This document shows, in pieces, positions 57,074 through 64,000 of a stretch of DNA of 64,000 nt (positions are counted from its first letter, which is position 1; each line of letters starts with the position of its first letter). The DNA lies in the NCBI GenBank assembly GCA_001774685.1, contig MFAS01000001.1, forward strand, positions 897,252 through 961,251, written 5' to 3'. The notes beneath the pieces are model-generated. The model did not search any database. It had not been told where the DNA came from and was given only the letters and a program-made list of their open reading frames with translations. Made by a program: the position numbers and the translations under genes. The stretch comes from Candidatus Collierbacteria bacterium RIFOXYD2_FULL_45_13. Its GTDB lineage: Bacteria; Patescibacteriota; Microgenomatia; UBA1400; MFAQ01.

Positions 57074-57514
57074 ATGAACGGATTCATTCGTTGGCTCATT
57101 GCCAGTCTTATTTTCGGCACTTTGTACGTAATTGGCCTCGGAACCATTGTCTACGTTTTTGCCCCGACCTTCTTCACCACCGCGTACGGTGTCGTTTCAA
57201 CCAATTTTCTCTTCTTTCCTTTGTGGATTACCTCTGGCATGGCCGGCATCACCATCGGCACTCCCAGACAACCTACTGAGCTTTTTACCAGAACTGACGA
57301 CCCGTGGTACAACACTATCCTGGTGATGATTGAGAACATTCTTATCTCCGGCCTTATGCTTCTCATCGCCTACTGGATCAGCAAACTGGCTTTTGGCTTC
57401 ATCATTACCAGTTTACCTATTGTATGGTTAGCCCTCTTCTTCGTGGTCATCATCATGCATGCTTGCAGCGCCGGCTACCGAGCCATCCGCTGGAACCAAA
57501 AAGAAGAGATATAA
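57074..57514 (+). CDS. polytopic membrane protein, hypothetical
   Basis: SD GAAGGAGA; terminator 57529..57553. Confidence 0.5.
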   Translation: MNGFIRWLIASLIFGTLYVIGLGTIVYVFAPTFFTTAYGVVSTNFLFFPLWITSGMAGITIGTPRQPTELFTRTDDPWYNTILVMIENILISGLMLLIAYWISKLAFGFIITSLPIVWLALFFVVIIMHACSAGYRAIRWNQKEEI

Positions 57515-57621
57515 ACAAAACACTTTCATCCCCGCTTTGTAGCGGGGATTTTACGTATGATATACTTCGACTATAGGCGAAGAGCCTTGCACTTTCATTT
57601 TTTTCAAGAAACAGGAGAAAT

Positions 57622-58359
57622 ATGACTGCAAAAGCCCCGAGTATTTCCATCAAAGGCGTCCTTGAAAGTATGGTCTCCGTCCTTCCTACTGCCACGCAGC
57701 AGAACAAGTTACCTCTACTGGAAAGAAGTCTTGAGGATCTGAACACCGGAGAATTTTTCGCCTTCGAAGCAGTCGAGGGAAAAATCGAAGAGCTCGAAGC
57801 CAAACTCAAAGCAGAAAAAGTTCGTCTGCAAATGGCCAGTCTTGGCTACCCCCAGTTGGATTATTCCTTCCTGACCTGGCAAAAAAAAGAATCCAAAATG
57901 CCGGCTTTTATGGTACTCACCCTTGATTCCAACGAGTTCTCCATTATTGTTGAGCCAAATACCAGCCGTGCTATGGATATCGAGAACGACGTCATCTGGT
58001 CCATCGAGCCAGACCTTCCCGAAGCTGTCCAGTGGCAATACGAAAATTCGATTCTGGCTATCGCCCGGCTCTCCAACAGGGATTACGATGACGAAGAAAT
58101 CTCCGTCACGGCCCAGTTTCAAGGAGTCATGCCGTCTGAGGTACGCACCGAGGTCAGACGGGTTCTCGAAGCAGAGATCTTTGACGACATCTTTGTCATC
58201 TGCGAAGCTCCTAAGTGGGTCGTTAACAAGACCGGCCGCACTTCGCTAAGAGACCCCCTGGTCGTCGGCTGGGACGAAGAGACCGATCAGATGTTCCTGA
58301 TTGCCTCTTTCGACCCCACAACTTTGGAAAAATACGTCCAAGACCAATTCGCCTTATGA
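57622..58359 (+). CDS. hypothetical protein
   Basis: SD CAGGAGA; terminator 58375..58403. Confidence 0.5.
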   Translation: MTAKAPSISIKGVLESMVSVLPTATQQNKLPLLERSLEDLNTGEFFAFEAVEGKIEELEAKLKAEKVRLQMASLGYPQLDYSFLTWQKKESKMPAFMVLTLDSNEFSIIVEPNTSRAMDIENDVIWSIEPDLPEAVQWQYENSILAIARLSNRDYDDEEISVTAQFQGVMPSEVRTEVRRVLEAEIFDDIFVICEAPKWVVNKTGRTSLRDPLVVGWDEETDQMFLIASFDPTTLEKYVQDQFAL

Positions 58360-58407
58360 AGTAGCAATCTGTACACCCCGCCAACGGCGGGGTTTTTATT
58401 TTTAAAG

Positions 58408-58479
58408 TCGGGGTGCGGAGAATTGAACTCCGTGTCTCTTCGTCCCGAACGAAGCGTGATACCGATTCACTACACCCCG
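58408..58479 (-). tRNA. tRNA-Pro (anticodon CGG)
   Basis: Minus strand: acceptor CGGGGTG/CACCCCG; anticodon stem CTTCG/CGAAG with loop TTCGGGA; T arm CGGAG-TTCAATT-CTCCG. Confidence 0.8.
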
Positions 58480-58570
58480 GTAATATATTTTAACTCCTGA
58501 GATGCTGCCAACTTCACATTTTACTACTTTTGGCCACAAAAAAGCTCCCCATTGCTGAGGAGCCAGCGTC

Positions 58571-58888
58571 TCAATTTACTGTGACTACCGAAGGTCGATT
58601 CGAACTTGGTAGAATGGCAATCTTCCCCTCCAAAACCGCTTCTTTTAGACCGGACTCACGCCAGGAACCCTTAATACCATAGATGCCATATTTGGCATCT
58701 TGACCCCGGACAAAAGCCTGTCGCACAAAGGTATATCGTCCACGAGGCAGATCCTCTGTGGGCATAACTACGAATACGTTGACCTCTTCTGCACCATCCG
58801 GCCACGGATTCACAATCCTGGGTGCCGGAACCGGCGGCTCAACCGATTTTCTTCCGGTAAACCATTTCTTCACGTTTGACAGTTTCAT
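58571..58888 (-). CDS. hypothetical protein, paralog B of a tandem pair
   Basis: SD GAAGGAG before MKLSNVKKWF. The 203-aa ORF in the track is an upstream read-through of this gene. Confidence 0.45.
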   Translation of the reverse strand: MKLSNVKKWFTGRKSVEPPVPAPRIVNPWPDGAEEVNVFVVMPTEDLPRGRYTFVRQAFVRGQDAKYGIYGIKGSWRESGLKEAVLEGKIAILPSSNRPSVVTVN

Positions 58889-58899
58889 TTCGTCTCCTT

Positions 58900-59196
58900 C
58901 TAATCGAACACTCGCTCTACTTCCGCCTGACCAGACTCTATCAGATCTTTCCACCATCGTTCTGCCGCCCCCACCACTTTTCCCTCGGTTACCATCCACG
59001 GATCGGTAAAGCCAAAAGGATTGGGAATACGATGCAAAGTATGTGATGTACCCACCCCAACCTCGGCAGGCGGATTTTTTCGTTCCGTATCCATCAAGGT
59101 CACGTCTATTAAAATCTTGACCCTGCAGCTGTCGGTGTTCGGCCAGATGTTGCAAGGACGTGTCACTTTGATTTTGAACCAATTTTTCCAGTCCAT
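58900..59196 (-). CDS. hypothetical protein, paralog A of a tandem pair
   Basis: SD GGAGGAG before MDWKNWFKI. Shares the KxWF...NxWP N-terminal pattern with 58571..58888. Confidence 0.45.
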   Translation of the reverse strand: MDWKNWFKIKVTRPCNIWPNTDSCRVKILIDVTLMDTERKNPPAEVGVGTSHTLHRIPNPFGFTDPWMVTEGKVVGAAERWWKDLIESGQAEVERVFD

Positions 59197-59265
59197 GGGC
59201 ACTCCTCCGACTAAATTTTCAAACTACCCGGCTATTCTAGCAGACCCTATAATGACAAGCAACCT

Positions 59266-59751
59266 CTATCTGAACTCACCACTCAGCTCTTCTTCGCTAT
59301 ACACTAGTTGATCCATCGTGGTTTGGTACTCATGAATCTCTTTTTCAGAAAAAACGATGCCAATTTCCCTCTGCACATTCTCTAGAGAGTCGGATGAGTG
59401 AACCAGATTGTTCCCTCCGCTCATGCCCCAGTCACCGCGTACAGAACCCGCCTCAGCCTCGTATCCTTTACGGGTCCCAATGATTCTCCTGATGAGATCC
59501 ACGGCGTTGTAACCCTCCCAGATCATGGCGACTATCGGTGTCCACTTCATAAACTTGGCTATTTTGGGAAAAAATGGCGCCTCGGCATACTGGTGATACC
59601 ATTTTTTCAGTATCTCATCGTCCATCTGGATCATTTTTAGGGCGACCAACTTGAACCCTTTTTTTTCAAACCGGCTGATAATATCTCCAATCAGACCTCT
59701 TTGTAGAGCATCCGGCTTGATTAAGACGAGCGATCTCTCCATTTTTTTCAT
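59266..59751 (-). CDS. ndk: nucleoside diphosphate kinase
   Basis: LVLIKPDALQRGLIGDIISRFE...NLVHSSDS active-site His motif. Confidence 0.9.
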   Translation of the reverse strand: MKKMERSLVLIKPDALQRGLIGDIISRFEKKGFKLVALKMIQMDDEILKKWYHQYAEAPFFPKIAKFMKWTPIVAMIWEGYNAVDLIRRIIGTRKGYEAEAGSVRGDWGMSGGNNLVHSSDSLENVQREIGIVFSEKEIHEYQTTMDQLVYSEEELSGEFR

Positions 59752-59765
59752 ATCCCTATTTTAAC

Positions 59766-60158
59766 TTAATATACCGCTTCGTAGTGCTCCAATTTTTCCA
59801 CCTCCCCATTTTCTTTTAACACTACTGCCACCACGTCCACCCGACACCCACCGAACCATTTTTTACCGTTTTGAGTTTTTGAGTTTTCGACTTTTTTGAT
59901 TTCCACATACACCTCTCCGATTCTCTGTACCTGCAACATCTTCCTCTTATTCACCATCTCTTCCGGCTCGCCAAAATCATGCCCTATTTTTGTCTTTACT
60001 TCCACAAATACTAAAGTTTGCTCGTTCCAGCAGACAATATCGATCTCACCAAAACGGGTACGGAAGTTCCTCTCTTCTATCTTGTAACCCTTTTTCTGCA
60101 GATACTCCACGGCCAAGTCCTCTCCCCGATTCCCCGTCTTCTTGTTATCTTGTTTCAT
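59766..60158 (-). CDS. YraN/UPF0102-family endonuclease
   Basis: GEDLAVEYLQKKGYKIEERNFRTRFGEIDIV...LVFVEVKTK. Confidence 0.8.
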   Translation of the reverse strand: MKQDNKKTGNRGEDLAVEYLQKKGYKIEERNFRTRFGEIDIVCWNEQTLVFVEVKTKIGHDFGEPEEMVNKRKMLQVQRIGEVYVEIKKVENSKTQNGKKWFGGCRVDVVAVVLKENGEVEKLEHYEAVY

Positions 60159-60183
60159 ACATTAGTCGTCATGGTTCCACCCT

Positions 60184-60873
60184 CTACATTCCAAAATACT
60201 TTGGCCCCTTACCGTCTCCGACCACAATAGCTTTGCTTGACTTAGATTTCGGCTTCACCACCGCAGTCTTAGACTCCATCCTTGTATTTTCATCACCCTC
60301 TTTGTGCTTATTATGCATATAATTGAGCTTTCTTCGAAGGTCGCTCATATTGATGAAGTAACTCGAATACTTTTCGATCAGCGAGGAGTAGTTCCATTTA
60401 TTCGGTACGATAATTTTGGCCAACTTTCCCTGCCGCTCTAGATACTCTTCCAGGCAGAAAAAATCCCCATCACCCGAAACGATGATCGCCTTATCATACT
60501 TGGAAAAGTTGATCATGGCGTGCAAGACAAGCTCGGCATCGATGTTGCCTTTCACCTTAATATCCGTGGTTTCCTTGTTCGTCACTTCCAAAATTGGCTT
60601 GTAAACTAGCTCATACCCGTGTTTCGCAAGAGCATCGTAAAGCTCTTGATTGTCCGGCAGAAAGCCGATAAAGATAAAGGCTTTTTCAACATGCAATTCA
60701 TTCTTCAGATACTCAAAAAACTTACCAAAGTCTAAGTTCCACCCTTTGTAGCGAAAATGTTTCCCATCTGCGGTCCGGATATCGTTTCTGACCCCGAGGT
60801 TCAGATTCTGACTATCAATAAAAGCATAAACACGTTGTTTGTCCCTAGCACTGCTAAGTTTCTTATTATCCAT
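60184..60873 (-). CDS. NYN-domain (LabA-like, PIN-fold) predicted ribonuclease
   Basis: RVYAFIDSQNL...KAIIVSGDGDF motifs; start at MDNKKLSS. Confidence 0.7.
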   Translation of the reverse strand: MDNKKLSSARDKQRVYAFIDSQNLNLGVRNDIRTADGKHFRYKGWNLDFGKFFEYLKNELHVEKAFIFIGFLPDNQELYDALAKHGYELVYKPILEVTNKETTDIKVKGNIDAELVLHAMINFSKYDKAIIVSGDGDFFCLEEYLERQGKLAKIIVPNKWNYSSLIEKYSSYFINMSDLRRKLNYMHNKHKEGDENTRMESKTAVVKPKSKSSKAIVVGDGKGPKYFGM

Positions 60874-60949
60874 ATATATAAAGATGATACACCACCTACA
60901 TATAACCACAAAAAAGCCCCCAGTTTCCCGGGGGCAAGTAAAAAGAAAT

Positions 60950-61342
60950 TTACCTGGTGACATCGTGCCTGAAATTACTATTCCGCAAAGTCGCAACGTT
61001 GCCACTCGTATCATACTTAAGCATCAAAGCTTCAAGCCTCTCAAGAAATCCGTCTGATACTTGCCCCGTTTGAAAAGAGCCAGACAAGTAGCCCACGGAT
61101 ACAGGCTGAACCATAGGTCCACCGCGTGTCTGTCGTCGCTCACCACCTGTACAATCAACAGTCATAACATCATCCACAAATGCCGTTGGGGGAAGCCAGT
61201 TGTGATCAGCCACGTAGTGCAAAATCATGTCCGGCATCACCCAAGCTCGCCCATTCGCAAACCGTAAAGTTACGTCACCACTGCTCTGATGACAAAAGAT
61301 CGATTGTTTATCGTGAGGGTAAGTACATTCATGCCATCCCAT
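60950..61342 (-). CDS. hypothetical protein, paralog 1 (MPDMILHYVADHNWLPP motif)
   Basis: Start inferred at MGWHECTYPHD by alignment with the neighbouring paralog. Confidence 0.45.
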   Translation of the reverse strand: MGWHECTYPHDKQSIFCHQSSGDVTLRFANGRAWVMPDMILHYVADHNWLPPTAFVDDVMTVDCTGGERRQTRGGPMVQPVSVGYLSGSFQTGQVSDGFLERLEALMLKYDTSGNVATLRNSNFRHDVTR

Positions 61343-61754
61343 CTTTTTTCTCCTTATTTCTCGGCGCCACCATCCAGGGATAATCCTTAGCGGCGATTTC
61401 ACACAACCGCACCAGTTTTTCCTTGAACTCAGCTGTCACTTCTCCGATAGAAAAATCTCCTTGCAAATACCCAATCTTCATATCGATCGGTTTGGGATCC
61501 ATAAGCCCCTTCGTTTGAAAGCGTTCTGTCTTTACCGATTCCGCGTCAAAGCTCAGAACGTCAACAATGAACTCTTGCGGTGGCAGCCATTGGTGATCAA
61601 AGACATAGTGAAGTACCATGTCCGGCATCTCAAACCTGTCTCCATTTGGAAAAACCAATATGATGTCACCGGTACTCGATGGATCGTAGATATGCTCCAG
61701 ATGCTCAGTGAAACCGTGATCCTCCAAGCAATATACACACATATGCATTCCCAT
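61329..61754 (-). CDS. hypothetical protein, paralog 2 (MPDMVLHYVFDHQWLPP motif)
   Basis: 141 aa, clearly homologous to 60950..61342. Confidence 0.5.
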   Translation of the reverse strand: MGMHMCVYCLEDHGFTEHLEHIYDPSSTGDIILVFPNGDRFEMPDMVLHYVFDHQWLPPQEFIVDVLSFDAESVKTERFQTKGLMDPKPIDMKIGYLQGDFSIGEVTAEFKEKLVRLCEIAAKDYPWMVAPRNKEKKDGMA

Positions 61755-61838
61755 ATAACCTCCGAAAATGTCAATATACTTTCACCCTATATTATACACC
61801 ACAAAAAAGCCCCAGGTTCCCCGAGGGCTTAGTAAAAA

Positions 61839-62735
61839 CTAACGATACGCGTCAACATCGAGGTGATAGAGCGACACGATTTGGCCGCCAACTTCTCGAA
61901 AATAGATGGCGGGTCCGTTGATCACCCAATCAAGTCTGGTCTCTGACATACCCAAGGTAAAACCGCCTTGCATTTCGGACACGTCACGGCTTCCCTTTTC
62001 GTCCATTTTGAGATGGGCGTAGATATGAGCAAAGTCCAGATGGATACCGGGAGCCTGAATACCAGTCATCCAAGGCAGATCTTCGCGGATTTCTATGTCC
62101 GTCATGGGCACAGTGAGAGATCTAACCGGCACCACTTTGTTGGCTTTCAGCATTCTCTCGGCCGCTTGATACAAAGCCCAACCGGTCAGAAGATGATCAT
62201 GTTGAGCCAGGTAAACATGTCCGCCTTCCACCACTTCGGTCATGAAGGTCGGGGTTTGAAATCCTGCCCCGACGTTGTCAAAACCTACAACGGCCGGCTC
62301 ATCCGTGGAACCCATCTCGCGAGCCATAAGTTTGAAGGCCAAACGACCACCACACGCTCGGTAGGGCTGGTAACGATCATCTGTTTTTCGACCCTTAAGC
62401 TTCCAGCCAGTCTCTATCTTTTGGCGGGCGACCACCCCCAGATCCACAAAATCACGCAGAGTGAGATGTAGGTCACTTGGAACTATAGTCTGCAGGCGTT
62501 TGAGGGTTGTCTCAGCCCAGGCCTCTACAGTCATTCCGGGTGTCTTCGCGAAAGCTTCCAGTCCGGCGATCCACTCGGGAAGCATCCTCACAAAGCCTAC
62601 CTGTTCATCCGAAGGAATTCCTGCCAACCAATGTGCTTCAGGCGTTCCCACAAAGCTAGCCGCCGTGGCAAACATCTTGGCACCAATCATCGTCGGAAAT
62701 ACTTGTGATGACATAATTCTCCTTTTTGAGCACAA
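61839..62735 (-). CDS. hypothetical protein
   Basis: 298 aa; moderately elevated GC. Confidence 0.5.
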   Translation of the reverse strand: MCSKRRIMSSQVFPTMIGAKMFATAASFVGTPEAHWLAGIPSDEQVGFVRMLPEWIAGLEAFAKTPGMTVEAWAETTLKRLQTIVPSDLHLTLRDFVDLGVVARQKIETGWKLKGRKTDDRYQPYRACGGRLAFKLMAREMGSTDEPAVVGFDNVGAGFQTPTFMTEVVEGGHVYLAQHDHLLTGWALYQAAERMLKANKVVPVRSLTVPMTDIEIREDLPWMTGIQAPGIHLDFAHIYAHLKMDEKGSRDVSEMQGGFTLGMSETRLDWVINGPAIYFREVGGQIVSLYHLDVDAYR

Positions 62736-62833
62736 AGCCCTGTTTCAGTTTTTCAGAGTTCAAAACACCCCATATTGTAACATAAAACCCCGCTCTCTTT
62801 CGAGAACGGGGCATGGTTCGATCAGGCGCAAGA

Positions 62834-63655
62834 CTAAATAATGATAATTAGCTTTGTGCCAAAGAGATTAGACGGATCTAGCCGGTCCACCAACCCAAAG
62901 ATGGGGTAAGTGCCCGGATAATTTCCGGACGCTGTTTGAACCGACAGGGTAAGCGACTCTCCGGCAGGCACAGTGCCACGCCAAGAGAGAGTGATCCCGG
63001 TGCGGTTTCCCTCAAGCCAATAAACCTCACCACCTGAGAAAGAATAGTTTGTACTACCATCCGTTCCCGCGTGGAACACCGTCATCGCCATGTCAAAGGG
63101 CAGATCCAGGTTGGTCTCGTTGGTTAATGTGAGGTCAACGAAGAAAATCACCCCACCCCTGCTGACCACATCAGGCGCGCTCGAGGTGACCGTTAGGCGC
63201 GGTTCCTGGATCTGGATCATCGCCTGGTGCAAAGTCCAGGTGTTTTCTGCAGACACCAACGTCTGCGATCTGGAGATGTCCGACCGGAGAGTTACCTCAA
63301 AATCAATTTTTGCCACTCCCCCGCCATTCAAGATGACTCCGTTCCAAACAAAAACAAAATCGGTCTCGTTGGACCGGTCGACGATGCGTCCATCGAACTT
63401 GGTTACTTCAACCGCCGCCACAACACTTTTCGAGAAGCTGATTCTCCAACCCTTAACCAGGGCAGGACGACGGTTGTTGTTCCTTGCAACGATGGATACC
63501 TGGACAGTTTCACCCTGGTAAGCAGTGGTCGGGGCCACCACCGACAGGCTCAGGGGCGCCAAAGCCGCCTGAGGCATGGCCAACACGGGAGTGAAGCTCA
63601 CGCCAAGCAAGACTATGGCCAGAAGCAATACTGCAATCTTCTTCATAATATTCAC
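62834..63655 (-). CDS. secreted beta-rich protein with cleavable signal peptide
   Basis: MNIMKKIAVLLLAIVLLGVSFTPVLA signal peptide; Thr/Val-rich strands. Confidence 0.55.
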   Translation of the reverse strand: MNIMKKIAVLLLAIVLLGVSFTPVLAMPQAALAPLSLSVVAPTTAYQGETVQVSIVARNNNRRPALVKGWRISFSKSVVAAVEVTKFDGRIVDRSNETDFVFVWNGVILNGGGVAKIDFEVTLRSDISRSQTLVSAENTWTLHQAMIQIQEPRLTVTSSAPDVVSRGGVIFFVDLTLTNETNLDLPFDMAMTVFHAGTDGSTNYSFSGGEVYWLEGNRTGITLSWRGTVPAGESLTLSVQTASGNYPGTYPIFGLVDRLDPSNLFGTKLIIII

Positions 63656-63730
63656 CTCTTTTCAATGTTCAGGATTTTTCAAACAGCCGTTATCATAGCA
63701 CGAAAACACCAATATTGCAAGATTATGGGC

Positions 63731-64000
63731 CTAAAACACCCTCTCGCGATACTGCAAGGCCTCTCCCAAATGCCCAGCCAGAATATCTTCACTTCTTTCC
63801 AAGTCAGCTATCGTTCTTGCCACTTTCAAAACTCGGAAATAACTTCGGGCCGATAGGTCGAACTTCTCCATTGCCAAACGCAGAATATGAACACCATCAA
63901 TATCCAATCGGCAAAACTCTTTCACCTGTTTGTTTTTCATCTGAGAATTACAAAAAATCCCAAACTTTAACAATCTTTCACTTTGTTTTTCCCTGGCTTT
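63731..64000 (-). CDS. C-terminal part of a YifB/ComM-family Mg-chelatase-like AAA+ ATPase (the gene continues beyond the window end)
   Basis: SARSYFRVLKVARTIADLERSEDILAGHLGEALQYR matches the conserved ComM/YifB C-terminus. The ORF is open to the edge of the window. Confidence 0.65.
   Translation of the reverse strand, partial: KAREKQSERLLKFGIFCNSQMKNKQVKEFCRLDIDGVHILRLAMEKFDLSARSYFRVLKVARTIADLERSEDILAGHLGEALQYRERVF

Noticed and set aside
58571-59182. Single 203-aa minus-strand ORF
   Set aside because: It is better explained as the read-through of an upstream non-coding frame into the SD-preceded gene 58571..58888. The neighbouring 58900..59196 ORF is its paralog.
1-64000. CRISPR arrays, IS elements or transposases, integrases, rRNA
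   Set aside because: No regularly spaced direct repeats, no DDE or tyrosine-recombinase motifs in any ORF, and no 16S or 23S-like sequence. The only mobile signatures are the HNH gene, the LAGLIDADG-like remnant and the tRNA-Tyr 3' repeat.

Overview
This 64 kb window is a low-GC (about 45%) bacterial chromosomal segment with no rRNA genes, CRISPR array, transposase or integrase that I can recognise. Its backbone is the ancestral translation gene string tRNA-Thr(GGU), tRNA-Tyr, tRNA-Thr(UGU), rpmG (L33), tRNA-Trp, secE, nusG, rplK, rplA, rplJ, rplL, which runs in canonical order from 8.0 kb to 50.5 kb. Six accessory insertions interrupt that string, and tuf and tRNA-Gly are missing from their expected slots. 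Between and around the backbone lie recognisable housekeeping genes: an Elp3-like radical-SAM/GNAT enzyme, a SAM methyltransferase, an M20 peptidase, a histidine phosphatase, a CofD/YvcK-like protein, mreB, ndk, a YraN-type endonuclease, a WecB/TagA glycosyltransferase and a Ddl-like ATP-grasp enzyme. The rest is mostly small hypothetical proteins, largely membrane proteins, each with its own ribosome-binding site and hairpin terminator, several of them in tandem paralog arrays. The standout locus is a minus-strand operon at 10.6 to 19.8 kb. It encodes a membrane-embedded HTH regulator with an extracytoplasmic Cache-like domain, a 2150-aa collagen-like giant surface protein, and a LytR_C-domain protein. 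Other notable items are three compact high-GC (about 60%) genes that look foreign, a Kazal-type inhibitor domain protein, an L1 with a roughly 95-aa N-terminal extension, an HNH endonuclease next to a tRNA, a frameshifted homing-endonuclease-like ORF, a duplicated tRNA-Tyr 3' end, and a 1.6 kb AT-rich tract with no credible ORF. The tiny proteome style, giant surface protein and fragmented ribosomal cluster may fit an uncultivated ultra-small (Patescibacteria-like) lineage, but that is inference only.
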